Shown piece by piece: positions 55,201 through 64,000 of a DNA stretch of 64,000 nucleotides (position 1 is the first letter of the stretch; every line of letters begins with the position of its first letter). The notes under the pieces were generated by a model, which was not told the origin of the DNA, made no database searches, and saw nothing but the letters and a program-made list of their open reading frames with translations. The translations under genes were made by a program, and so were the position numbers. Source of the DNA: a virus. Location of the stretch: the IMG/VR virus record IMGVR_UViG_3300044613_001897; one strand, given 5' to 3'.

Positions 55201-56707
55201 ATCCGCGTCAATTGAGGATGTATATTTATTTAATAATGAGTGGATAACTGCTGCAGTACAACGAGGCATATCTACAGATGTGACATCGTCTAACAATCAA
55301 TCTTATACATTAAAATACCAAAGAGGGTATTACGGAAAGATAGTACAATCAGGTAGCGCAGCGATAGATTTAAGCACAGTATCAACAAGCGGCTCATATA
55401 ATGCAAACTGGACTTCTGGTAGTTATATTGCATTTGGGCAAGGTGGATTGAATACTGCTATATCCGGTAATTATTCTAATAAGTTTAATGGATTTTATCA
55501 AGAATTAAGATATTGGTATGGTACGTTGAGTGATTATGCTATTAGCAATCATACTTTATCACCCAATTCATATAATGGTAATGAACATTTTTCTGCGTAT
55601 TACGATTTAGTATTTAGAACATCATTATCAAGAAAAGATTTGGTGGTAAATGGTACATTTGGATACCAACAACAGTTATCACATCACCCTAATCAAAATA
55701 TAAACACCGGCTCATCTGCAATATTCGTTAATAGAGTGGGCGTAAATAGTGTACCTTTTGAAGGAGTAGAGGATGCATATTACACACTTTATGCAGATTT
55801 AACTTCAAAAGTAATATCAAGCGAAAAGATTAGAATACAATCACAATCGTTAAATGGTACAGCACTACAAACAGATAAGAGAGTGACTATATCATCATTA
55901 GATAAAAATTCTAATGATTCAAATAAATTAGGTATATTCTTTTCTCCACAGACAGGAATTAATGAAGATATCGTAAACCATATGGGGTATATATCTTTAG
56001 ATGATTATATAGGTGACCCTAGATATGCGTATGAGTATAATTATAAAACGTTAGTAGACTTATCTTCAGAATATTGGAAAAAGTATAATAATAAAAATGA
56101 CTTTGAAGCATATTTTAGAGCACTACAAATATACGATTTATCAATATTTAGACAGATTAAAAAGTTTGTGCCGGCTCGAGCAAATTTAATATCCGGTATA
56201 TTAGTAGAGCCAAACTTATTAGAAAGAAGTAAAGCTAGAATAGTAAGAAATATAGTTCTTGAAGAAGCATCAATATTTATACCAACTGCAGGTGGTAGTA
56301 CATATGCCGCAACAGGTATACCAGTGTCTGCAATAAATAACCCATTACCTGCAGGTGGCGCTAACATATTTGCGGCACAGCTAATGACAGGAACTGTAGC
56401 CGATAATGCACAAGGTACAGCACCTACCCCAGTTGCCTCTCCTATAGGTACACAGACAGTTATTGGTGGTCAATATATATTACCTACAACATCAACAAAT
56501 ATAGTTACCGGTGTTGTAATGGATACAACAACCAACACATCATTGTCGGACGGATTTATTACGGGAACTAAATTGGTTAGTGCAGGCATTAATATACCAA
56601 GTTTAGACACTGTAGATGGTGGTCCGGTAGTGTCAGTAATACAAGCAAATAGTACACAGATATTTACACAACCTTTAGGGACAACCGGAAATTTAGAAAT
56701 TAGATAA
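52274..56707 (+). CDS. Large baseplate wedge/structural protein
   Basis: YLYKTKGTARSIKALL..YGIP...IREYGG motif, LamG-like segment, FVPARA. Confidence 0.7.
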   Translation: MSFSFINSDSLIQVQNLPDTGKYYDDRIIDLIPSSYYDILTLPTSSINLELHAYDLVGNYLTGTSYANTNYWGYSSSIAAPVIRLNVDVNSILEELGLLRGQYLLGTNLYKPEVGNYNTSSFYIKEISTTRRELRLYPVNDDSTQFQTEYTNFIDSWNSNFLYCIDDSVRRYEHYQQNFYFDNNAVSFASYTSSLATPLAVYTNTTSSAFDQYILGINNDTNWYTNGAANSNTITIGGTIATGLTVAPSQQYLDAFASKAAITALWFKSADIEITPDTIQAFEFEIKEYINTFASTVTVQQIKSIYDSILTKEFWRKDSNGTPIYVGQTYFNTIRTALPSFPGLPPLPPPPSTFAKARYSLQPFNVYNDKLVLNFGNNNLAKIINIAKEDPYAIIVKLSQPLDLQFQEYDRLWIATELIEPLIDKILLINLIVQQLGNNLRGPNFDIDIEEAQSIATSLQSWNDLLSANVATNQQIINKYFSSSLDGIVLNIDYTDFKNFIHFSSAEERVSNFKYKLELIEYYTNRINVLNSSTGSLLDINVLESESNRNKIISGFDDFEKYLFYQTNDTYQLYTFETGSILPWPKQNVANSYISYENQVSTTSSIAETYFSDLLQQAQTYDSYNLHSLRKTIPVHLQDDQFNADYILFVDMIGHYYDIIWSYINDMTKINTRLENPRDGVSNDLIYGIAKSLGLDVYNGRNIQELWKYSLGVDTSGSYIQTGSIQSLSYEQGTKEVWRRVINNLPYLYKTKGTARSIKALLSCYGIPTSILNIREYGGVASDENDLFPYWVHDIFTYAHKATGDDSNYVITPWQAFTKVTKDLPAGYQTSSLVISTTSTGTSTGPTTTTIPTVGIQTGTSSTRNTPRSSTIVNRSTDTQSTQYPDAIEFRFRTDDNFTYAYNQEYSLLRLNSVNYQFTGETWSQIQTQWNQTNIIWSYASTSLAVANPFFEVTLKRITDKQGTLTLYMSGSNGYLSASIEDVYLFNNEWITAAVQRGISTDVTSSNNQSYTLKYQRGYYGKIVQSGSAAIDLSTVSTSGSYNANWTSGSYIAFGQGGLNTAISGNYSNKFNGFYQELRYWYGTLSDYAISNHTLSPNSYNGNEHFSAYYDLVFRTSLSRKDLVVNGTFGYQQQLSHHPNQNINTGSSAIFVNRVGVNSVPFEGVEDAYYTLYADLTSKVISSEKIRIQSQSLNGTALQTDKRVTISSLDKNSNDSNKLGIFFSPQTGINEDIVNHMGYISLDDYIGDPRYAYEYNYKTLVDLSSEYWKKYNNKNDFEAYFRALQIYDLSIFRQIKKFVPARANLISGILVEPNLLERSKARIVRNIVLEEASIFIPTAGGSTYAATGIPVSAINNPLPAGGANIFAAQLMTGTVADNAQGTAPTPVASPIGTQTVIGGQYILPTTSTNIVTGVVMDTTTNTSLSDGFITGTKLVSAGINIPSLDTVDGGPVVSVIQANSTQIFTQPLGTTGNLEIR

Positions 56708-56750
56708 TAAAATCAGAAAAAAATATATTTATTAATAAAATAGAAATAAT

Positions 56751-57419
56751 ATGGGATTCTTAGATAACACCACAGTAACCGTAGATGCGATTTTAACTAA
56801 AAAAGGAAGAGAGTTATTGTCAGCAGGTTCACAAGATTTTAACATTACAAAATTTGCATTATCTGACGATGAGGTAGATTATACATTGTGGAATCCAAAT
56901 CATCCAAATGGTAGCGATTATTATGGCACAGTAATACAAAATATGCCATTATTAGAAGCTACGAGCGATGAAACACAAGTAATGAAATATAAATTAATTA
57001 CATTACCTTTATCAAGTCAGTATATACCAGTAATTCAAGTTACAAATTCATCATATGTATATTCTGCAGCCACAGGCCAAGTGGATATTATACGGCCTAC
57101 AACAACCGCAGGTGGATCAACAGTTAATACATTAGGTACGTTAAACTCTACAGCAGGGTATACAGCAATATTATCAGATGGTGAGTTCTTTAATTTAACA
57201 ATTGATACACCAGTATCAAACACATCTACTATACCACAATTTATAGGCGATATACAAACAAATAGAAGCGTATCTGTAGTTGGGCTATCATTTAGAATTA
57301 GTCCTAAACGCCAACCATCAGCCGCTGAAGGAGATAAAACTGCTATATTAACTTTAATTGGTAATGAAACCGGTGGTTTAGTAACTATTAATTTGACAAT
57401 ACAAGCATCAACAATATAA
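56751..57419 (+). CDS. Baseplate/tail structural protein
   Basis: DAILTKKGRELL...ITKFALSDDEVDY. Confidence 0.65.
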   Translation: MGFLDNTTVTVDAILTKKGRELLSAGSQDFNITKFALSDDEVDYTLWNPNHPNGSDYYGTVIQNMPLLEATSDETQVMKYKLITLPLSSQYIPVIQVTNSSYVYSAATGQVDIIRPTTTAGGSTVNTLGTLNSTAGYTAILSDGEFFNLTIDTPVSNTSTIPQFIGDIQTNRSVSVVGLSFRISPKRQPSAAEGDKTAILTLIGNETGGLVTINLTIQASTI

Positions 57420-57430
57420 AATAAAAACAT

Positions 57431-58507
57431 ATGAACATATTTTCAACATTTCAGTCAAACGACATACGATCTAATATTATAAGAGTAATATCTAACGGTA
57501 TATGGTCAAATAATACTCCCGATTTAAGTACATTCTTCACATCATCTGCACAGACAGATACACAGAAGAAATATTTTTATCAAGTATGGAACGCAAGTCC
57601 AGTAGCTTCAGGGTCTGAACAACAATTTTCGGTAGCATATGGTAATCGTTTTGGTAGTGGTAGCAATCAATCACAATCATCTGTTGATGATCCAACAAAA
57701 GCGATATATTCGCAAATGAAGGTAACTGTATTAGAGCCTGGAGATAATATATTTACATTTAATAGTGGTAGTACAACACAAGATTCAGATCAAATATATG
57801 TACTTACAATAGATAGAGCTAGAATTAAAGATAGCCTAGATCCAGGGGGTTGGGAACTTTATTTAGCGACATTAAGCGGATCCGCAGTAGCTAACAATGT
57901 ACATACAGGATCTAACGTAAAAGTTAAAGGAGATAACTCGGTAGTGTCGTTAATCGATGATAGCGAAGTTATAACAACGGGTGTTAATATAACAAATGCA
58001 TTAAAACGATATAATATAATAAGTGGGTCATTAGTAGGAGGAGCATATACAGATGGTGGCGGAAATTATCATTACTACGGATTTGTATATCCACAATTAG
58101 GACTAATGGTATTTAATGGATTAGCACTAAATCAATATGTCGCATTTAATTCAGTATCAGGAAGTATAGCAGGTGATAATGCATTCAAATTATTTACATC
58201 AATATCCGGTGCAGCAGCAATAAATTCTACTTATGATTTTTCTGCAGTAAATAATCAAAAAACTATTTCTAGTAATTACTTTGTACGAGTTGGAAATTCT
58301 GATTATAACTTTAGTAATAATCCAACATTTATATCTGGCGCCAATGGCCAAATATTACAACCATTTATAAATGACCCACAAACATTCGTTACTACAGTTG
58401 GATTATATAATAATAATAATGATTTATTAGCAGTAGCAAAAGTTTCTAGACCGTTATTGAAAAATGCAGATTCTGAATTACTTGTTAAAGTAAGAATCGA
58501 CTATTAA
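57431..58507 (+). CDS. Tail/baseplate structural protein
   Basis: C-terminal FSNNPT...TTVGLYN..DLLAVAK..P. Confidence 0.65.
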   Translation: MNIFSTFQSNDIRSNIIRVISNGIWSNNTPDLSTFFTSSAQTDTQKKYFYQVWNASPVASGSEQQFSVAYGNRFGSGSNQSQSSVDDPTKAIYSQMKVTVLEPGDNIFTFNSGSTTQDSDQIYVLTIDRARIKDSLDPGGWELYLATLSGSAVANNVHTGSNVKVKGDNSVVSLIDDSEVITTGVNITNALKRYNIISGSLVGGAYTDGGGNYHYYGFVYPQLGLMVFNGLALNQYVAFNSVSGSIAGDNAFKLFTSISGAAAINSTYDFSAVNNQKTISSNYFVRVGNSDYNFSNNPTFISGANGQILQPFINDPQTFVTTVGLYNNNNDLLAVAKVSRPLLKNADSELLVKVRIDY

Positions 58508-58521
58508 AATTGACATAACAT

Positions 58522-60426
58522 ATGGCTAATTATGGTGTTTTTAAAGCTATACCCCCATATGATTTTACTCGTACAACGTTTAGAACATATAAGCAGTGGC
58601 AATTAACAAAGCAAAACTTTCTATCTGCCAGTTATGTCACAGACGACCATATATCGGTATATTCATATTATGAGCCTAACATAAATTTATATCCTGGAGG
58701 TATAGTGACGTATAGTGCATCAATAGGGCCTATAGACCCCATTAATACTAGTACTAGTAATGGATATATAAGTCCACAACTTAATAATTCTGCAGTATAT
58801 TATTTATTACGACATCAGTATTACACAAATCCATATACAAATAACTCTTTTGGCAACACAGATCCTGAATATGCGATTAAAAATTTATACGAATCAGGAT
58901 CCGTAATATCAATACCACAACGATATTATGGTGAAGAAATAAAGCCTGGATCTGTGTTTATAGATATAGATGGTATAAACGTATCAGGTACAGGTAGCAT
59001 TCAATTAAATATTATTGATGATAAACAAGGAAATTTAGTAGACACTACATATTCTAGTTCAGTTGCGTTAGAATCTAGAAAATTATATTTAGGATTTAAT
59101 GAAAGCAGATATAAACCAAATTTAAACACAAATATGGTATTCGCTACAGTACGCAAATACGATGTGCCATTCTCTAACTATACAGTTTCTAGTAAAAATA
59201 TTGAAATTGTTAATTCGGATATAATCGATACGTATTATGCAGGCGTCTCAGGTTCTGTAGGGCTAGCATCAAGGTTTACTTGGTATAGTAGTTATGTTCG
59301 AATACAAGAACAACGAGGGACTACATATTTATCTCCTGAAAAGGATGATGATTTTTCGATATCATTATGGACATTCGTAGAAAATCCAGTACCAGGATTC
59401 GGCTCTAATGATCCATATTCATATATTGTATCTAAAAGAAAATTAGGAGAGCGAGTAGTAGCAACTCCAGGAGCAACAGCCACATCGGTAATGACAGTAA
59501 CTCCAGATTATCCGTATAATACTAATAAATTTCCTTTTGAACTTCGAATAGCAGCACGATCTGGACCAACTACCTTTGGTTCAATATCTAATACCAATAC
59601 GTTAACATCATTAGAAGCTGTTCGATCAGATGGTATCAATACCATCGTATTAAGTGGTTCAATACAAACTGGAGTAAATGGTCCGGTATATAAAAATGCA
59701 TCAAAAAGGAGTGCATATCATGTTGTATATCAAAAAACCGGAAGTATGTTAGAATTGTATATAGACGGTGTATTAATAGATTCGAAGCCTGATAATGTAG
59801 AATTTAATTTTAACAATAAATGTGATATTTTCCTAGGTAATCTAGATACCTCGTTATATTATGGCCCGCCATATAGTAGCTTTCCATTTGCTGATTTTCA
59901 TGGATTACTAGGTACGATAGATGAATTCCAATTATTCAGACGAGCCTTAAGACCAGAAGAAATAACCATTTTAAGTACACCACAACACGCAGTTAACTCT
60001 AATGTTATAGGAAATGTATTTTATAGTCACGGAATAATAAATATATCAGATACTAGACCTAAATATAAAGACTTATCAAAAAATATAGCAAGTTGGAATA
60101 CAATATCTGGCTCGCAACCAGGAGGACCTGGAGCGTTTAATAAGTTTAACCTTTGGTATAAATCTACACAACCAATAGAAGAGGTAGAAGTTCTATGCAG
60201 AATTAGAGAGGATGAATTTACATTCACATCAAACCCTACTATATTGGAAGATTATAGAAGTCAAAAGGTAGCAGGTTTTGTTACAAGTTCATATTTTAAA
60301 CCATATATCACAACAATTGGATTATATAATGATAGCGGCTCATTAGTAGCAACAGGAAAATTAGCAAGTCCTATATCTAAAATATTAGACGCAGACTTAA
60401 ATTTTCTAGTTAGATTTGATATTTAA
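58522..60426 (+). CDS. Tail structural protein with LamG-like domain
   Basis: FSISLW, HVV..LYIDG, IDEFQLF; C-terminal domain paralogous to the preceding gene. Confidence 0.7.
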   Translation: MANYGVFKAIPPYDFTRTTFRTYKQWQLTKQNFLSASYVTDDHISVYSYYEPNINLYPGGIVTYSASIGPIDPINTSTSNGYISPQLNNSAVYYLLRHQYYTNPYTNNSFGNTDPEYAIKNLYESGSVISIPQRYYGEEIKPGSVFIDIDGINVSGTGSIQLNIIDDKQGNLVDTTYSSSVALESRKLYLGFNESRYKPNLNTNMVFATVRKYDVPFSNYTVSSKNIEIVNSDIIDTYYAGVSGSVGLASRFTWYSSYVRIQEQRGTTYLSPEKDDDFSISLWTFVENPVPGFGSNDPYSYIVSKRKLGERVVATPGATATSVMTVTPDYPYNTNKFPFELRIAARSGPTTFGSISNTNTLTSLEAVRSDGINTIVLSGSIQTGVNGPVYKNASKRSAYHVVYQKTGSMLELYIDGVLIDSKPDNVEFNFNNKCDIFLGNLDTSLYYGPPYSSFPFADFHGLLGTIDEFQLFRRALRPEEITILSTPQHAVNSNVIGNVFYSHGIINISDTRPKYKDLSKNIASWNTISGSQPGGPGAFNKFNLWYKSTQPIEEVEVLCRIREDEFTFTSNPTILEDYRSQKVAGFVTSSYFKPYITTIGLYNDSGSLVATGKLASPISKILDADLNFLVRFDI

Positions 60427-60438
60427 AAATAAAATGTT

Positions 60439-60840
60439 ATGGCACGAAAAAAGATGTCACAAAAATTCGTAGCAAAAAAATACGGATTTCGTTCAGGTTT
60501 GGAATTAGAAATATCCGACCAATTACAAAAGAAAAATATAATCTTTGAATATGAAAAAAAGAAGATTGATTATGTAGTCCCGGCTCGTAAGGCAAAATAT
60601 ACTCCAGACTTTGTTTTAGCAAATGGTATTATTATCGAAACCAAAGGTAGATTTTTAGCTGACGATAGAAAGAAGCAATTGTTAGTTAAAGAACAAAACC
60701 CTGAACTAGATATTCGATTTGTATTCTCTAGTTCGAAAGCTAAATTATCAAAAGCTAGTAAAACAACTTATGCCGATTGGTGTATAAAAAACGGATTCAA
60801 ATATGCTGATAAAACTATTCCTGAGGAATGGTTATATTAG
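60439..60840 (+). CDS. T7 endonuclease I-like Holliday junction resolvase
   Basis: FRSGLE, YTPDF, IETKG, DIRFVF, TYADWC. Confidence 0.92.
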   Translation: MARKKMSQKFVAKKYGFRSGLELEISDQLQKKNIIFEYEKKKIDYVVPARKAKYTPDFVLANGIIIETKGRFLADDRKKQLLVKEQNPELDIRFVFSSSKAKLSKASKTTYADWCIKNGFKYADKTIPEEWLY

Positions 60841-60874
60841 GATAAATGAAAAAAGTTTTTTATATTACTGTGGG

Positions 60875-61807
60875 ATGGAAAGATTGTTAGAATTATTAGA
60901 TAATATTTTAGGTAAAGGTAAGCCAACAAATAAAGGTAACTATGCATACCATTGTCCTTTTTGTAATCACCAAAAGCGCAAATTAGAAATACAGATTACG
61001 TCTACCGATGATGGTGAAAATCATTGGCATTGTTGGACATGCAACGCCTCAGGTAAAAAATTAGTAAATCTATTTAAAAGATTACAGCAACCTAGAGAGG
61101 TAATTGCCGAACTATTATCATTACTAAAATTACCTAATTACTATAAAGATAATAATACTGTAGTAAAGGCATCAATACTAAGATTGCCGGATGAGTTTAT
61201 ACCATTATGGAGAAACTCTGGAACAATAGAACAGAGGAATGCGTTAAACTATCTTACTAATTATAGAAATACATCATTATCAGAAATGATAAAGTATAAT
61301 ATCGGGTATTGCGAAAGGGGTAAGTATTCTAAAATGATTATAGTACCTAGTTATGATTCTAATGGTAACTTAAACTATTTTGTTGGTAGATCATATTATA
61401 AAACAGATGGATTTAAACATAAAAATCCAGATGTATCAAAAGATATAGTAGGATTTGAGCTATTTATAAATTGGGACTATCCTATTGTATTAGTTGAGGG
61501 TAGTTTTGATGCGATAGCTGTAAGAAGAAATGCTATACCATTATTTGGAAAGACAATATCAGAAAATCTTAGAAAAAAGATAATAGAAAATAAGGTTAAA
61601 GAAATATACATTTGTTTAGATAAGGATGCTCAAAAACAAGCGATAGAGCATGCAGAAGAATTTATGTCGAATGGAATAAATGTATATTTTGTTGATTTAG
61701 CACAAAAAGATCCTGCTGAAATAGGATTTGAAAAAATGATACAAATAATTAAAGACACTCCTCCGTTAACATTTAGTAAGTTAATAGAATATAAGTTAGA
61801 TTTATGA
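60875..61807 (+). CDS. DNA primase (Zn finger plus TOPRIM)
   Basis: CPFC..HCWTC, LVEGSFDA, LDKDA; likely ATG at 60875. Confidence 0.9.
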   Translation: MERLLELLDNILGKGKPTNKGNYAYHCPFCNHQKRKLEIQITSTDDGENHWHCWTCNASGKKLVNLFKRLQQPREVIAELLSLLKLPNYYKDNNTVVKASILRLPDEFIPLWRNSGTIEQRNALNYLTNYRNTSLSEMIKYNIGYCERGKYSKMIIVPSYDSNGNLNYFVGRSYYKTDGFKHKNPDVSKDIVGFELFINWDYPIVLVEGSFDAIAVRRNAIPLFGKTISENLRKKIIENKVKEIYICLDKDAQKQAIEHAEEFMSNGINVYFVDLAQKDPAEIGFEKMIQIIKDTPPLTFSKLIEYKLDL

Positions 61808-64000
61808 TAACAAAAGTACAAAGTAAATTAAATGAAATAGATAAAATCTTTCACATATCTGACGTACACATTCGAAACTTAAAAAGACATGAAGAATATA
61901 ATCAAGTATTTGATAGATTGTATGCATATATAGAAAAGAATAAAACGCCTAATAGCGTAATATTCTTAGGTGGTGATATAGTACATGCTAAAACTGATAT
62001 GACGCCAGAATTAGTACAAATGGTACAAAAGTTTTTGAAGGCTTGTGCAGATATCTGTACTACTATTCTAATTACCGGAAATCATGATTGTAATCTGAAT
62101 AATAAAAATAGATTAGATGCATTAGATCCTATTGTAAATGCAATCAACCATACAGAATTAATCTATCTAAAAGAAAGCGGCGTATATCATATAGCTAATA
62201 TACATTTTACAGTTATGTCTGTATTTGATAGACCTGTTAACTTTATAAAAGCAAATGAATTTGAAGCTGATTATAAGATAGCATTACATCACGGCGCAGT
62301 AGACACATCAGTTACTGACACTGGACATAAGCTGTCAAACATACATGTACCAGTAAATATGTTTGATGGTTATGATTTAACATTATTAGGTGACATACAT
62401 GTACCTGCGCAGTATCTTAATAAAGAAAACACAGTAGCATACCCGGGCAGCACAATCCAGCAAAATTATTCAGAATCATTGAATCATGGGATTCTAGTAT
62501 GGGACGTTAAGACCAAAAAATCAGAGTTTGTAGTTATTCCAAATGATTATGGATTCTATACTTTAGATATAGTTGATGGTAAATATATATTACCTAATGA
62601 TTTACCGAAAAACTTAAGATTACGGTTACGAGTTCAAAATACTAATACTGCTGATATTAAGACTATATTAGCCGATATTAAAACCCTGTACAACGTCTTA
62701 GAGACCCCTATACAAAAGATTAATACGAATAGGGGGCATAGTATATCTAACATAAACAAGGTTAATATAGGGGATGTTAGGGATATAGAATTTCAAAACC
62801 AATTATTATCAGATTATTTAAAACAAACTAAAAATACAGATGATATTATAATTGATGGTGTAAAACATGTTAATAGAAAATGTAATAGCTTATTACATAA
62901 ATTAGAAACCAATAAAAACACAGTTTGGATACCAAAACGATTTACCTTTTCTAATATGTTTAGTTATGGTGAAAATAATGTAATTGACTTTTCACAGTTA
63001 AAAGGATTATATGGCATATTTGCGCCTAATGCAGCAGGTAAATCTACATTATTTGAATCGTTAGCTTTCTGTATATTTGATAAATGTAATAGAACATCTA
63101 GAGCAGAACAGATACTAAATAGTAAATGTAAAAACTTTTCTAGTAGATTTGAATTTACTATAGATAATGATACATATGTAATAGAACGAAATGGTAAAAC
63201 AATTCGAGAACATATTAGAGTAGAAGTAAACTTTTACCAGTTACTAGAATCAGGCGAACAAAAGTCATTAAATGGTAAAGAACGAAGTGATACAAATAAA
63301 GTAATCCGTACTTACTTAGGAACATATGAAGATTTCGTATTAACAGCATTATCAGTACAGAATAACAATACTGGATTTATAGATATGGGACAAAGAGAAC
63401 GAAAAGAACTATTAGCTCAATTTCTAGATTCAGATATATTTGAACATTTATATAAAATAGCCAATGAAGAAAGTAAAGATATATCAACTATAATAAAAGA
63501 TCTAAGCAAAAAAGATTTAGATGGTCAATTAGCCATAATTAATGTAGATCTAGAAAAAGCTGAAGATCAATTAGCAGACTTAAATGTTAATAAGATAGAA
63601 AAGGATAATGAAATTCATCAAGTTTTTGAGGAGATAAACACGTTATCAGAATCGTTAATACCATTAACCATAACAAATACTGATATTAATAGATTATTGA
63701 TAGATCAATCAAATATAAAAGTTAAAATAGTAGATACTCATACAAATATTAACAATATAAATAAAGAAATACAGGAACTACAAAATCAAATAGATTCTAA
63801 TAAGGCTAAATTACAATTGGTAAACTTAGATGAAATTAATTCGTATATAGCTTCTAAAGATTCTATACAAAAACAATTAACGCAGATTCAAAGAGATGAA
63901 AAGAAAGTTGAGGTAGACATTCAACATAAGGAGGCGAAAATGTCTAAATTAGATAAACTAGAGTATGACCAAAATTGTAACTATTGTATGAACAATATTT
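61804..64000 (+). CDS. Fused SbcD(Mre11)-SbcC(Rad50) recombination nuclease/ATPase, truncated by window end
   Basis: Translated by hand: SDVH, GGD, GNHD, GDIH, then in frame FSNMFSYG, APNAAGKS (Walker A) and a coiled coil. Confidence 0.88.
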   Translation, partial: MITKVQSKLNEIDKIFHISDVHIRNLKRHEEYNQVFDRLYAYIEKNKTPNSVIFLGGDIVHAKTDMTPELVQMVQKFLKACADICTTILITGNHDCNLNNKNRLDALDPIVNAINHTELIYLKESGVYHIANIHFTVMSVFDRPVNFIKANEFEADYKIALHHGAVDTSVTDTGHKLSNIHVPVNMFDGYDLTLLGDIHVPAQYLNKENTVAYPGSTIQQNYSESLNHGILVWDVKTKKSEFVVIPNDYGFYTLDIVDGKYILPNDLPKNLRLRLRVQNTNTADIKTILADIKTLYNVLETPIQKINTNRGHSISNINKVNIGDVRDIEFQNQLLSDYLKQTKNTDDIIIDGVKHVNRKCNSLLHKLETNKNTVWIPKRFTFSNMFSYGENNVIDFSQLKGLYGIFAPNAAGKSTLFESLAFCIFDKCNRTSRAEQILNSKCKNFSSRFEFTIDNDTYVIERNGKTIREHIRVEVNFYQLLESGEQKSLNGKERSDTNKVIRTYLGTYEDFVLTALSVQNNNTGFIDMGQRERKELLAQFLDSDIFEHLYKIANEESKDISTIIKDLSKKDLDGQLAIINVDLEKAEDQLADLNVNKIEKDNEIHQVFEEINTLSESLIPLTITNTDINRLLIDQSNIKVKIVDTHTNINNINKEIQELQNQIDSNKAKLQLVNLDEINSYIASKDSIQKQLTQIQRDEKKVEVDIQHKEAKMSKLDKLEYDQNCNYCMNNI

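Noticed and set aside
2151-61821. Most minus-strand ORFs in the track
   Set aside because: Antisense shadows of well-supported + strand genes with no motifs; only 13879-14373 is retained
1-64000. Stop-codon reassignment
   Set aside because: Conserved genes are full length under the standard code, and TAG and TGA act as stops

Overview
AT-rich, gene-dense, almost entirely + strand segment of a large myovirus-like dsDNA phage. The host is probably a Bacteroidota: Bacteroidota-style -33/-7 promoters, no obvious Shine-Dalgarno sites, Hc1-like and DUF4494-like genes. Layout: small and DNA-metabolism genes (ligase, ThyA; 1-11 kb); an integron-like cassette array with a tyrosine recombinase (11.0-13.9 kb); a hyperplastic early-gene region of short ORFs built on a 13-copy promoter module (14.8-34.5 kb, including a MoxR AAA+/vWA pair); an RNA cluster (tRNA-like RNA with a large insert, GIY-YIG endonuclease, tRNA-Leu(UAA), tmRNA); UvsE, ClpP, HD protein and a late sigma-like factor; a baseplate/tail module (45.4-60.4 kb); then resolvase, primase and a fused SbcD-SbcC gene cut by the window end. 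Best candidate novel system: a phage-borne integron-like array of five single-gene cassettes. They are separated by TAAC...GTTAT hairpin sites, each cassette's two ends are complementary to each other, and the array ends at an attI-like site abutting a short (265 aa) tyrosine recombinase. A split second copy of that attI-like site lies at about 20.9-21.4 kb. All protein calls come from motif recognition by eye; no database searches were run.
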